A stretch of DNA of 64,000 nucleotides. Source: Octopus sinensis (Eukaryota). Location: positions 42,718,001 through 42,782,000 of the forward strand of contig NC_043001.1 in assembly GCF_006345805.1 (NCBI RefSeq). Direction: 5' to 3'. Below, piece by piece: positions 11,955-23,934 of this stretch. The notes under the pieces were generated by a model. That model was not told the DNA's origin, searched no databases, and was given only the letters and a program-made list of their open reading frames with translations. Both the position numbers and the translations under genes were made by a program. Position 1 is the first letter of the stretch, and each line of letters opens with the position of its first letter.

Positions 11955-12235
11955 GGTATGTAGCTTAGTGGTTAGGGTAATTAGCTCACAATTGTAAGGG
12001 TGTGAGTTCAATTCCTGGTTGTATGTTGTGTCCTCGAGCAACACTCAGCTGGCAAAAACTAGTAATACCTGTATTTCAAAAAGCCAGCCTTGTCACGTTT
12101 TGTGTCATGCTGAATCTTCCTGAGAACCACATTAAGGTTATGTATGTCTGTGGAATGCTCAGCCACTTGCATGAGCAGGCTGTTCCATTGATTAGATCAA
12201 CTGGAACTCTCATTGTCATAACTGACAGAGTATCA
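11955..12235 (+). mobile_element. tRNA-derived SINE family C
   Basis: TAGCTTAGTGG A box, GAGTTCAATTCC B box, CACTCAGCTGGCAAAAA and GAATGCTCAGCCA blocks shared with 37922 and 48262. Confidence 0.75.
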
Positions 12236-12471
12236 GGAGAATAACCTATTTTCATTGTTTAAATTATAGTACTTTGTGCATAGTAATGATATAGCAATAT
12301 TTGTTATACAAGTAGAGGTGACCTGAGCTTACAGTTCAAGAAAGACTCAATGTAGTCCCCTCTCTTGTATGTTTATGAAGCACCTAATATAAGACATTAC
12401 ATTAGCAACTATGATATTTATTTCATATTATAGATCCAGCATAATATGAGTCTTTTGATCTGTTCATTTAG

Positions 12472-12573
12472 GAGTGGAGTGGACTAACCCTGACCTTGAG
12501 AAAAATTATTGTGCTAAAGGAAGCTGGGATTTAAATGATAATGATCCTGATCCAATGCCTAGTACCAGTTCAG
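12472..12573 (+). CDS. PCSK7: PCSK7-like exon VEWTNPDLEKNYCAKGSWDLNDNDPDPMPSTSS
   Basis: TTTAG acceptor, GTCAGT donor, 102 nt, phase 1 to 1; conserved DLN.NDPDPMP motif. Confidence 0.95.
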
Positions 12574-13304
12574 GTCAGTATTGTAATATGTTTATTTTAT
12601 TTTTATTCTTTTTCCCAACAATAGTTTCTTAATCATTTGCTAAAATCTAAGATTCACTACCATTCACTGTAATATATTATTTACATATTTAAAATCTCTT
12701 ATTACAGTTATGCTTAATATATATAATGCTTGGTGGTACACAAATGAAGGTTAGCTCTAAGGGGATGATACTTAACTTTGGAAATATTCTCAGAAATATT
12801 AGATATATGTTGGCTGTGATCTGAAGTATGCAAGCATTGATGTTGAACTGTCACAAGAGCAAGAAAAATAAAGAATTAGTGTACAACTTCATTGACTTGA
12901 TTTAGGTGGCATCCAACTGGTTTTTGCATAAGGCACAATAGCTGGAAAACTGCATCAGTATTGGCAGTAGGAGAAGATCAATGTGTATAATAAATCACTT
13001 CCAACAAAATGGAATGAGTAAAATTTGTGTGTTTATATTGTGGAGTTTGAAGTTTTGAGGTTAGTATATATGGAGATTATATGAAAGAGAGCAATGATAT
13101 ATTTGATGATGGGGATAGGAAAGAAACTGTGAGGCATTGACACAAGGGAATATGTTATGGCTGGTATTTAGTTCTAAGCACAGTCTCCTGGAATAATATT
13201 GGCAAGAAGATTTCTGCAATTTTATCAATGGCTTTGCTAATTTTGAAGCAAATGAATTTTAACATTGGCAAATTTTCACTCTGCTATATAGTTATCTTTT
13301 ATCT

Positions 13305-13436
13305 TTTACTCTATAGTCTCATACTATAGCCCAAGGCTATAGTAGAGACATTTGCCCAAGGTGCCATGCAGTGAGACTGAACCTGGAACACTATGTGGTT
13401 AGGGAACAAGCTTCTTACCATACAGCCATGCTTGTG
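13305..13436 (-). mobile_element. SINE family B, 5' fragment
   Basis: GCCCAAGGTGCCATGCAGTG.GACTGAACC matches the copy at 50795-51148. Confidence 0.65.
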
Positions 13437-14297
13437 CCACTTAAAACACAAAAAGAATCTTTTAATTTTTTTTTTTTGGCCATTATGAAGAATATTCAGT
13501 TGTAAAACACCTACTTTGATTGGTCTTGTAAATTTTCACATTCATATAACTTGTGTTTCCATCATCTTTGTCACTACTACTATTATTATTGTAATAACTG
13601 CTTTTCTAAGTTAGTCTGTTGTACAAGTCTTTCATTCTTCATTGAAATTCATAGAGCATTTGTCTATGAATCTAAAACTCATACAATGCCATTTGTGAGA
13701 CACATTGATTTCACATTTGATACAACTAGTCTTAATTTTATATAAGTGTATGGACTAATATCATATGTATTTAGTTTTCTACTTTTTGCTAGTTTGGTCT
13801 GAGTAATGGACTGACTGGTTTCATTGCTCCCCAAATTAACAGTGATAGTAGTTGATGACTATTAAATTGTAGACAGTCTAGAAAAGAGCCTATTTATGTA
13901 AATTTATATGATTGACAACTGGACAATATGTACATTCAGTGTGGATTATGAATGAATAAACATATGGTCTCATTTACATATCATTTGTATTGAGTCTTTC
14001 TGTGAAATTAAACCCAACAAGGACTGTTCAGCAACTTGGAATAAAGGTTAAACTGACAATATTGCAATTAAACAATTCATCAGTAATTACTTAACACTCC
14101 TTTGTGAGTAGTTTACTTCTATTGCAGGTGTCTTCAATTAACTTCACGAAAAATTTTTTTCTGCAGTATGTATCACAATGAACATTATAAAAGACAAGTT
14201 TAAACCTGATTGAAAGATTAGATTATTTAATTTAATATTTATGCATTTATAAAACCTGTCAATACAAACATAAGCTGAAGGTTTGTTTTTCTTGTAG

Positions 14298-14393
14298 ATA
14301 CTAATCATCATGGTACCCGTTGTGCTGGAGAAATTGCTGCTGTCCCTAATAAAGTTTGTGCAGTTGGTGTAGCATATGGTGCTAAAGTTTCAG
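14298..14393 (+). CDS. PCSK7: PCSK7-like exon [31 protein letters not shown] (catalytic His)
   Basis: TTGTAG acceptor, GTTGGT donor, 96 nt, phase 1 to 1. Confidence 0.96.
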
Positions 14394-15021
14394 GTTGGTT
14401 TATCTTGACATTTCAAGTGTTAATGTCATATTTTGAAATGTATTATAAAGTCATTAAACCTAGACCTTGAAGAAAATTTGTTATGCATGAAACAATAGGA
14501 ATGGTATATTACACAGTAAAAAAAGGTTGATGGGTATTTCTATACTCATATCCTAGTATAACACTTGCCAATATTGGGTCATCAAACTTAATGCTGGTAA
14601 TTAGATAGGAAGTCATTTGTCATAGTTTCCTCATGTTTAGCAAAGTGTTAACAAACATCCACTCTATATTTCATTAGTTTAAGTTTAATTTATCATGTCT
14701 TTTTAATAAGTTGCACTACAATCTATAATAAACATTGATACAAAGGAATTCAATCTGAAATAGATACCTTTTACTGCATAAACAATGCAACATTTTATGA
14801 CAAATTGGTGTTTAAATTTGCAATATGTATTGAAATTGTAATATTAATACACTAATTCATTTTTCTGTCTCATAATGTCACCAGATCTATGACATAATAT
14901 ATTGTTCGGGCTTACTTTATTTAAAGCCTAGCATATCCTGTTTCAGTGACCACAGAAGATTACAAGTCAAAACATAATGATGATACTTGAAAAAAAAAAA
15001 GTAACAATTTCTTATTTTCAG

Positions 15022-15112
15022 GATTGCGGGTACTAGATGGTCCCCTTACAGATGGTCTGGAAGCAACAGCATTTAACAAAAATATGCAAATTAATGACAT
15101 ATACAGCTGCAG
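15022..15112 (+). CDS. PCSK7: PCSK7-like exon [30 protein letters not shown]
   Basis: TTTTCAG acceptor, GTCAGT donor, 91 nt, phase 1 to 2. Confidence 0.96.
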
Positions 15113-15177
15113 GTCAGTTTTCTTTTCCATATGTCTTTTACTAGAGTTTTGTATAATATTTATTGCTTCACTGTGGA

Positions 15178-15485
15178 GGTGCAATGGCCCGGTGGTTAGG
15201 GCAGCAGACTCGCGGTTGGAGGATCACGGTTTTGATTCCCAGACTGGGCGTTGTGTGTGTTTATTAAGTGAAAACACCTAAAAAGCTCCATGAGGCTCCA
15301 GTAGGGGGTGGTGGCAACCCCTGTTGTACTCTTTTGCCACAACTTTCTCTCACTCTTTCTTCCTGTTTCTTGAGTAACGCTGCAATGGACTGGCATCCCG
15401 TCCAGCTGGGGGGAACACGTACACCACAGAAACCGGGAAACTGGGCCCATGAGCCTGGCTAGGCTTGAAAAGGGCGACGTTTATC
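15178..15485 (+). mobile_element. tRNA-derived SINE family D
   Basis: TGGCCCGGTGG A box, GGTTTTGATTCC B-box-like, GCAATGGACTGGCATCCCGTCCAG block; 3' half repeated at 49116-49302. Confidence 0.8.
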
Positions 15486-15595
15486 ATTATTGCTTCACTA
15501 TTTTACATTTTGATATGAAAAACTGATGTACCCTAACTGTAATTCCCTTCTTTTACATTATATTTAGGTGATTGTTTTTTGCAATTGTTTTTCAG

Positions 15596-15650
15596 TTGGG
15601 GCCCTGATGATGATGGAATGACTGTCGATGGTCCTCATACTCTAGCTTTG
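15596..15650 (+). CDS. PCSK7: PCSK7-like exon WGPDDDGMTVDGPHTLAL
   Basis: TTTCAG acceptor, GTAAGA donor, 55 nt, phase 2 to 0; SWGP.DDG.TVDGP motif. Confidence 0.96.
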
Positions 15651-15899
15651 GTAAGAAAGGAATTTTAAATTGAGGCTTGGAAAAACTAAATTACTCTTGT
15701 AATGAGATTAGTATTGAATTTGATTTGTTAACATTGAAACTAATGATACAGAAATCTCCTTTATTGTTGTTTTATTTTTTCTCTTTCAATTTTGTTTCAA
15801 AGCTGTGTTGAATTAGTAAATATGCTGATTTGGCCAAAAAGTCCATTTGATTTCTAACAGGTAGCTAACTTCACTCTGCTCCTTATGCATGCACACTCA

Positions 15900-16785
15900 T
15901 TAGATACGTAATACTTCAAAATAGTTCAATGCAAACTTGCAATAAGACAGGCTGTATTTTGTGTTCTGGAGATCACCCTCAAAATAGAGGACCAAAACGA
16001 ACATTACTGACACTTCATGCTTTTTTTATTCTAAAAACAGCAAGGAAGCAGTAGAAACTGGCAGGAAAATATGCACTGTGTGAGGAGAGGATACTGTTTA
16101 CAGAATGGGTATATCAGAAGTGGTTTTTCAAGATTTTGATTGGGAAATTACTTAGTCCTCACTCTGGCTGGCCAACTGAAATTAATGGGGACAAAACAAA
16201 ATAGTTAGTCAACACCTACCTTCTATTATATGATCAGGATGATTGCAGATATTCTTCAAATATCCAAATTGAGTATTTAAAATCATCTGAATCAATTTGG
16301 TTACATCAGCAGTCTCAATGTTTAGGTCCCACACCAATTGAATAAGGCTATCCTTGCTCAGTGGTTTTTCCATTTGCAGTTTCAGAAAATAAAGAAAATG
16401 ATCCTTTTTTTGAAGAGAATGGTGACAGAGGTTGAAAAAGGAATTGTCTAACAAAGTGAAGTGCAAATGATCATGGGAGAAGTTTGATTAACCACCACAA
16501 ACAATCTCCAAAGCATGATTTCACCCAAAGAAGGTCATGATCTCAATTTGGTGGGTTTGGAAGGATGTTGTTTTATATGATCTTCTTCCCTTGAACTAAT
16601 TACACCATCAATTCAGATGTGTACTGGGACCAGCTAGACAATTTATATGCAGTGATGCACCAGTTAGCTGAAGATAATGCAATGAAATGATAATTACATC
16701 ATTGATCAGATAAATTACTTTGTGTTTAAAACTTTTGTCTTAATTTTACTTAAAAAAATGAACAGACTTCTTGGCTAACCTAATA
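15900..16785 (+). mobile_element. Decayed mariner (Mos1-like) transposon
   Basis: Broken frames give GRKICTV.GEDTV, DPFLKRMVT..EK.IV, HPKKVMISIWW and INSDVYWDQLDNL; 3' end ...TTGGCTAACCTAATA resembles a mariner TIR. Confidence 0.7.
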
Positions 16786-17000
16786 CTATTGTCATTGTTC
16801 TCTGATTGTGAATCCCAGTTGCAGTGATTTTACATGCATCAGTAATATTCTGTGTATAGCAAATGATTGACTTAACTTCAGATTTTCCATTTTCTACCCT
16901 TGATATTTCATATTTGTGCGAGAAAGTACTATTTGTATCTTTTACTTATCTCAGTCATTGGACTGTGGCCATGCTGGTTACCACCTTGAACAATTTTTTT

Positions 17001-17585
17001 CTACAGTTCTATATTTACTCCTTTGAGTAAAACCACCAATAGAAGAGAATATGACCAAAAACTGCGTGTACTCCATTCTATGCAGCTGTGGTAGGTTATA
17101 CAAAGACAAAACATGCCACCCCCTCAAAATAAGGGTAGATGAACGTTGCAAAGCTGTGACACGAGGAGATATTGATAAATCAGGTATAGCTGATCATGTA
17201 TGGAAAAATAGAGACCACCTCCCTCTGAGGGATGAAGTTAAAATAATAGACAGAGAACACCACTGGGAAATACGAAAACTAAAAGAAGCAGCACATATAC
17301 TAGGAAAATATTAGATTTATAAGTCCTAAAATTCACTCCGTAACTGCCCACGGGCATATGGCATAGTGGTTAAGAGCACGAGCTACTAGTCCCAAAATTC
17401 TGAGTTTGATTCTAAACAGTGACCTGAATAATAATAATAGTAATAACATCGAAAAATACCTTAGGAATGAGAACACAGGTTTGAAATTTCCCCCAAGACA
17501 CCTGATGAAGGCTGGAGGGTGTATCAGCCGAAACAATGTGTTAACAACATGATGAGGACAAATATCCATCAAATATAAATGATGT
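17001..17585 (+). mobile_element. Composite insertion: PLE GIY-YIG fragment (17030-17305) + tRNA-like Pol III head (17350-17415) + hammerhead-like tail
   Basis: CVYSILCSCGRLY...SGIADHVW...KLKEAAH; TGGCATAGTGG and GAGTTTGATTC boxes; flanking AATTTTTTT at 16992-17000 and 17586-17594. Confidence 0.75.
17497..17542 (+). ncRNA. Minimal type I hammerhead-like motif, stem III decayed
   Basis: GACAC-CTGATGA-A-GGCTG-(10 nt)-CAGCC-GAAAC-AAT-GTGTT. Confidence 0.55.
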
Positions 17586-18303
17586 AATTTTTTTTTAGTT
17601 GTACAGATTAACCTCAGTATATATTTTAAAACCTGGTACTTATTCTATTGGTCTCTTTTTGCTGAACCAGTAAGTTATAGGGGTGTAAACAAATCAACAT
17701 CAGTTGTCAAGCTGCAGTAAGAGATAATCAAAGACACACATACACACAAAAACACACTCATGTGCATGCATATGTATATAATGGGCTTCTTTCAGTTTCT
17801 ATCTACCAAATCCACTCACAAGGCTTTGGTCAGCCTGGAGCTACAGTAGAAGATAGCTGCCCAAGGTGTCACGCAATGGGACTGAACACAAAATCATGTA
17901 TCTGGAAAGCAATCTTCTTATCACACAGTCATGCTTGCACCTATGTATTGTAGTTTTTTTCAGTATCTTAAATTCAATTTATTTTAGTGCAACATAGATC
18001 TTTCAGCAAAATTTATTGAACATAAAACTTATATAAAACTTATATAAATTAAAATGATATATCATGAGTTAGTGCGTTCTTTCATATATTTGTTAGGCAA
18101 AACAAAGAACATATATTATTTCTCCTTTAAAATTAAAGTTGACAATATCTGGATGCAGACTGAAAACTTACTATCAATATACATATCATTTTAATAATTA
18201 AGATCTAATTAGAGATGAAACACAAATTACTGAGTTGATGAAGAGTCAGTGGTTTGTATCATGTAGTTTTCATCATAGCCAAAACACTTAATTATCAGTA
18301 GCT

Positions 18304-18559
18304 CTGAAAGAACTGAAAATAAGGTTGTATTGATAGTTTTTCTGTCATGGCCCATGCCCACAAAAGAGGTTAGCTCAGTAATGTGAGCTAGAGAAACATT
18401 TTTGCATATTTTAGTTCCACTGCTGCAACAATTTGGGAATGAGCTACTTTTACCCATGCAAAAATGTTTCTCTAGCTCACATTACTGAGCTAACCTCTTT
18501 TGTGGGCATTGGCCATGACAGAAAAACTATCAATACAACCTTATTTTCAGTTCTTTCAG
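18304..18559. repeat. Inverted repeat with 104-bp arms (103/104 identical) and a 48-bp spacer
   Basis: 18304-18407 is the reverse complement of 18456-18559 except one base. Confidence 0.97.
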
Positions 18560-20863
18560 CACTAATCTTGAGCGGACTAAAAATTATTGAAACTGAGGAA
18601 ATAGCCATTATCTTTTTATTTAGTCTAATTTTTGTCTAGCTTGCATAACTCCCAAAAGCCATCCATTTCTCTACCTCCCAGTTTTTCTAGCAATCACAAA
18701 ACTGCCAATCATAGTAGATAGCCTGTAAAAGGCTACCTTCAAGTCAACAAATGCTAAGTATATTTTCTTGGCTTAAAAGGTTGTTTTTTTTTGTAGTTTC
18801 CTCTCTAAGAAGGCGGCATCAATGATTCTATGTCGTGGTACTAATCTAAACTGTATTTCATATAACTCTCTGTTCCACTTTCATGATACATCAGTTTAAT
18901 GTCTCTCTGGCTACTTCTTTCTAAAGTATCTCCTTTCTTTTGTTGGAGTTCACAATACTGCTGCTATACTAGTTGATGGGGATGACACCTCCTTTCATTA
19001 TTTAATTGACTATGTGAATAACCAGTGCATGTCCTACTTTACCAGATATTTTTAGCATTTCAGTAACCATCCCTAATGGTTCAGCTGCGGTCCTTGCCTT
19101 CACATTCTTAATGGATCCTTTCTATTGTATAACAGTCAACCCCAATAGCTATTCCTACTGTTGGATCCCCTTGGAGAAATCCCTTTTACTCATTTGACAG
19201 CTGTTTGTATTATTTGTGCCTTTTCCCACTTAGCATTGATAGGGTAACTATACTGTTATCATTCTAAACATGCCCTTCACCATTGTTGTCCTGTTTTATT
19301 CTAATACACTACAGTGTAGAACATTGGGAAATCTCTTGAGTGGACTAAAAATTATTGAAACTGAGGAAACAGCCACTATGTAAAAAGTTTATCTTTTTAT
19401 TTAGTCTAATTTTTGTCATAACTTGCTCAGCTTCCTTGCTTGCAAAGTATATATGACTTCTAGCTTCTCTTGTAGCTACCTGATACCATTCCTTACTCCT
19501 CCTTTTTTATTTGCTACCAATATTCTATTCTGTACAAAGAATTTAATTTTTTTTTTTCACCTTCTCTCTAGCATCAACAAATTCTCCAGATCTATTTTCC
19601 ATCATACGAACTTTAATGGTACAGGCCCTGAAGTCCTGTGCCTAAACATAAGAGAGTTGTCATTTGTAGTGGTGGGTTGTTTGATGTTAGTTGAAGGACA
19701 CTCACACCTAGCAACTTTTATATTATCACTGCTGTCATGGTATGTGCTGTTGTTGTGTATGAATTAGGTTGCTTTTATGACTGGATACCCTTTCTCTCTT
19801 GAAGCTACATGACCTAATTGGTTATAGAGTTCAGCTCATGATCATAAAGTTGTTGCAATTCCTGAAACAGGTGGCACATTATGTCCTTGAATAAAGAGCT
19901 TGGTTTCACATTGCTCCAGTCTACTCCCCTGAAATAAGTACCAGCCAGGTGCTGGTGTTGCTCTTCATCCTACCACTTGTCACATCCTGGATGTTCCACT
20001 GGCTCAAAGGTGTAGGGAGCCAAGAAGTTGTTTATTTCTACTCATAGGTACCTAAAACAAGCGAAAGAATGACATGTTTCCAAGCCATACTCACTAGCTG
20101 TACTTTTACTCTTCCTGTCATTAACAACTTTATAGTACAGACTAGGTGCATTTTATCATGCTGTCAGCACTAGATAGGTTAAAGTATCCCCTCTACTTTA
20201 TATCAGTTTTTATTTGAGTTCCCACTCTTATAGATGGGTTGCTTTCTCTGCAGCTTGTTGTATCCACATCTTTTTCCATGTAGTTTCAAACAATGTTGGG
20301 TTTATTCAGAGTGTCCAGCTTCCTAGATGGGTCACTTTCATTATTGCTGAGAAGCTGTGACTCTCTGTAGTGATAGGAGGTTTTCTGTTAGGGGTATTCA
20401 GAGTGGCAACTTCGAGTTGCTATGAATAAAGGTTTTCTCTACAGTTTAGTAGACAACCACAGCTACCTGTTGGTGGTTGGGGGCATGTGCTAGTCTAATG
20501 TGATTAGGCATAAAGATGATCTTTGTTATGTGGGTAAAGGTTGAATTTGAAGGAGGGGTTTCAGAGTTCTTCTGGGTAATTGGGAATGTGGTTGTCTACA
20601 TAGTGCTAGGTGGGCAAAAAAAGTTTAGGTATCAAGCTGTCATGCTTTTTGAGGGGCATGGGAGATATTGATAACATATTATTGTGTGTGACACATAGGA
20701 GATATTCTCCCCAACAAATAAATATATATCTTTAAGACTAAACATTTTATTACTAAAGTAGAAAATTTTTTATTGCAATAATTTACCACTAATTTCTAAA
20801 TTGCTTGAAAATACATGCAACAAACACATCATTTTTTAAAAATTGCTCTTCATCTTTTGGTAG

Positions 20864-21002
20864 CAAGCTATGAAACATGGTATCGATTATGGCCGTAATG
20901 GTTATGGAAGTATTTATGTGGTTGCCAGTGGTAATGGTGGTAGCAACTTCGACAATTGTAATTATGATGGATATGCAAATTCAATTTATACTGTGACTAT
21001 AG
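20864..21002 (+). CDS. PCSK7: PCSK7-like exon [47 protein letters not shown] (oxyanion Asn)
   Basis: GGTAG acceptor, GTGAGT donor, 139 nt, phase 0 to 1. Confidence 0.95.
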
Positions 21003-21318
21003 GTGAGTATTTAATTTTTAGAGTTGAAATTATATTAATTATAATTTTAAGAGTTTAAAACTCTTAAGTCTTGCCAAGCATATGACATTGTTAGTTATGA
21101 TGACACCAGTAACACACTGTAAAGTGGTTAATATCAGGAAGAGTATCCAGTCAAAGAAACCTTACTGAAATCAAGCAATGTGTGGTCCTCCAACTTATTT
21201 AGGGAGCAGTAATTCAAAATAATAATTGAGTTGGACCATGATGATCTGTTGAACTCATGCCAGCGTAGAAAGTGGATGAAAAATGATGATGATACTACAG
21301 CCACTGCTAACTTATTCT

Positions 21319-21755
21319 TAAAGTGGTGAGCTGGCAGAATTGTTAGCATGACAGGCAAAATGCTTGTTGTCATTTTATCCATTTCTACATTCTGAGTTCA
21401 AATTCCACAAAGGTTGACTTTGCTTTTCATCCTTTCAAAGTTGATGAAATAAGTACCACTTGAGCACTGGGGTTGATGTAATGGACTAGCCCCCTCCTAC
21501 CAAATTTTAGGCCTTGTGCCTATAGTAGAAAGGGATATTATTATTATTAAAGTAGCAAACTGGCAATCTTTAGCATGTCGGGCAAAATGCTTGGCAGCAC
21601 TTCATTTGTCTTTATTTTTGGAGTTCAAATACTGCTGATGTCAACCTTACCTTTCATCCATATGAGGTTGATAAAATAGTACTGGCTAATGTAACTGACT
21701 AACCCCTTCATCCAAAATTTCAGGCCTTATGCCTACAGCAAAAATTACTATTATT
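21319..21755 (+). mobile_element. Two tandem SINE family A copies
   Basis: Repeated TGGCAGAAT/GAGTTCAAAT/CCTTTCATCC blocks separated by (TAT)n. Confidence 0.8.
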
Positions 21756-21993
21756 CTTTTGAGTTTTGTTGGAACTCCTGGAATCATGCATGAGTAGTGA
21801 GCTTGCTACTTGTGGCCTACAGTACCATGCTTATTTGTTCTCTCAACTATCCAATACTTTCCTGGTGACTCTGGCCATTCCAAGGAGGCAAATGTTTTGC
21901 AACAACTCTACTGGGCACTCTATTCCCATTTCCTTTATATTCCTCTCAGAACCTTATGTTACTGCCCATCATCATCATCATTATTATTATTAT

Positions 21994-23317
21994 GGCCAAT
22001 CTCACCCAGAAATGGGTTGAGAGGAAGCTGTCCCTGAAAGGTCGAGCGGAGGTGGCGAATGCGTACATCGCATCTGTCATCTATTACCGTCGTCCCTTGT
22101 CCTAACCGCTGGTTGGCCAAGTTGGTGCGCTTGCTCTTCGATTTTCTCTGGAAGGGTCAGGTACCACTGGTCAGGCGCTGAACGGAGGCCTTGGCATACT
22201 GTGGTTGCTGATGCGCAGACATGCGCTCAGGCTATGGCATCTCAAGCATTTCTTGGACGGTGAACAGGTGTGGTCGCCATTTGTCAGACATGACTTTCCG
22301 CAGCTCGTCTCTTTAACAGAGCTGCAATCTTGGATCAAACGCAGACTGAGAAAGGGCGCTTGGCACCTCGAGTGCCGTCAAGCTCTCACCACCCTCCACC
22401 AAGCAGGCAATGTGATCGGTAGTAGTTCCACTCTAGTGTTCTATAGAAGGTTAGTGGAGGAAAAGTGCAATGACGTTCTCAGGGAAACTCTAGGCGTCGA
22501 CGATAATGAGTTAAACAGTCTGTTTGGAAGAACTTTCGGGCCGGGGCCCATGGATACCTTCCAAAGGTCCCTCGCCTTGCAGTGCTACCAAGGGGCACTG
22601 CCTGTTCAAGATAAACTCTATCGGCATGGAAGTGCTGTCAGCCAGGCCTGCACGAGGTGCGCTCAGAGTGACGAAACCATTCTGTACGCACTCGTCCAGT
22701 GCCCGAGTATTGCTGACCTGTGGGTTTATGTCGAACAGCTACTGTCACGTGTAGGACGGATCCGGCTATCAGCTGAATCCATAGTGAGGATTGCCCTGCT
22801 GACTTCTTTTAACCAGGAGGTCAAGGCAATTTTCCTTTGTCTAGTGGCTGTAGCAAAAGAGGTGGTATGGTGGACCCGTTTGAAAGGGCTAAAGTCAGAC
22901 ACTTTCCTCTTTGGCTAAGGCCTCATCAGCTTTTTCAAGTTCCACTTGAAAAGGAAGATGAGAGTAGAAAGGGAAGTGCTGTCTTGTAGCAAATTTATTG
23001 AAAGGTGAGTGACTGTTGGTAAAATGGCCAGCATGAATGGACTAATTCTGAGGTTACACCTGTCAAAAAAAAAGATAATATAAAAGAAGGGGCTCTCTAC
23101 CCCCTTTTGACCAGGCTCCCGTGGCTTTTATGGGTTTTTCCACATGTAACCTTTGAAAGCACCTCCCCCTATTGGGAGTTTTATTTGTTATATTTTTCGC
23201 TGTTATTAATGTTTACACGGACCTTTCTTTTTGGACAAAACCCTTTGTACTTTTCGTTCTATCTTTGTCCTTACATGTTTTTGATTTATATTGGCCCTTG
23301 TGGCCAATAAAACAAGA

Positions 23318-23362
<45 letters not shown>
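21994..23362 (+). mobile_element. 5'-truncated Tx1/L1-like LINE 3' end with (TTA)n tail
   Basis: LKGRAEVANAYIAS, FLWKG and GGLG motifs and C-terminal zinc knuckle CTRC...ETILYALVQCP; AATAAA just before the tail. Confidence 0.8.
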
Positions 23363-23934
23363 TTTATGAAGATTGACATAACTCTTCACAAAGGTCAATA
23401 CACAACAAGAAGAACACAATACAATATGTACTAAATACAGACTGATTCTATTTATTGAATTGAACAATATTTCCACTGTATGTTTGTTTTCCTCTCATTC
23501 AAATGGAAAATGAAAAATGCACAGAAATACAGGAATTCAAAATTTGAACTGGAATTTCTTGCATTCCTTTCCAGACAAAAACAATATCAAGTTTTTCTTG
23601 CTCAAAACAAGCAACAAAAAAGAAGGAAAAAGAAGACATAAAAGAAAATGGGAAAGAAATGACTTAGTCAAATGGCGTTGTGTAAATATGATGTCAAATT
23701 AAATGTTTTTAACCAAGTTGTTACTCATTGGTTCAGTGGAAGAGGAAACCTTCAAATTTTTCAGTTTATTTTTCTTTTTTATCCTTAGGACCAAATTTTT
23801 TTTTCTTGAAGTTCTTCAAACAATCACACATTTTGGTGTAAAGCATTTAATATTGTTCAATTCAATAAACAGTGTCAGTCTATATTTATTACATATTGTA
23901 TTGCTGTTGTTGTTATTGCTATCATTATTATTGT

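Larger units (their letters stand above)
16940..17935 (-). mobile_element. SINE family B interrupted by a 585-bp insertion
   Basis: Tail at 16940-17000 and body at 17586-17935 rejoin to match the uninterrupted copy at 50795-51148. Confidence 0.75.

Noticed and set aside
17350-17415. tRNA genes at the A/B-box sites here and at the other SINE heads
   Set aside because: No complete cloverleaf; each continues into a repeat body.
18650-20700. Very decayed LINE-like coding traces on the minus strand
   Set aside because: Only isolated partial motifs (for example a QGD-like patch); family and boundaries cannot be supported by eye.
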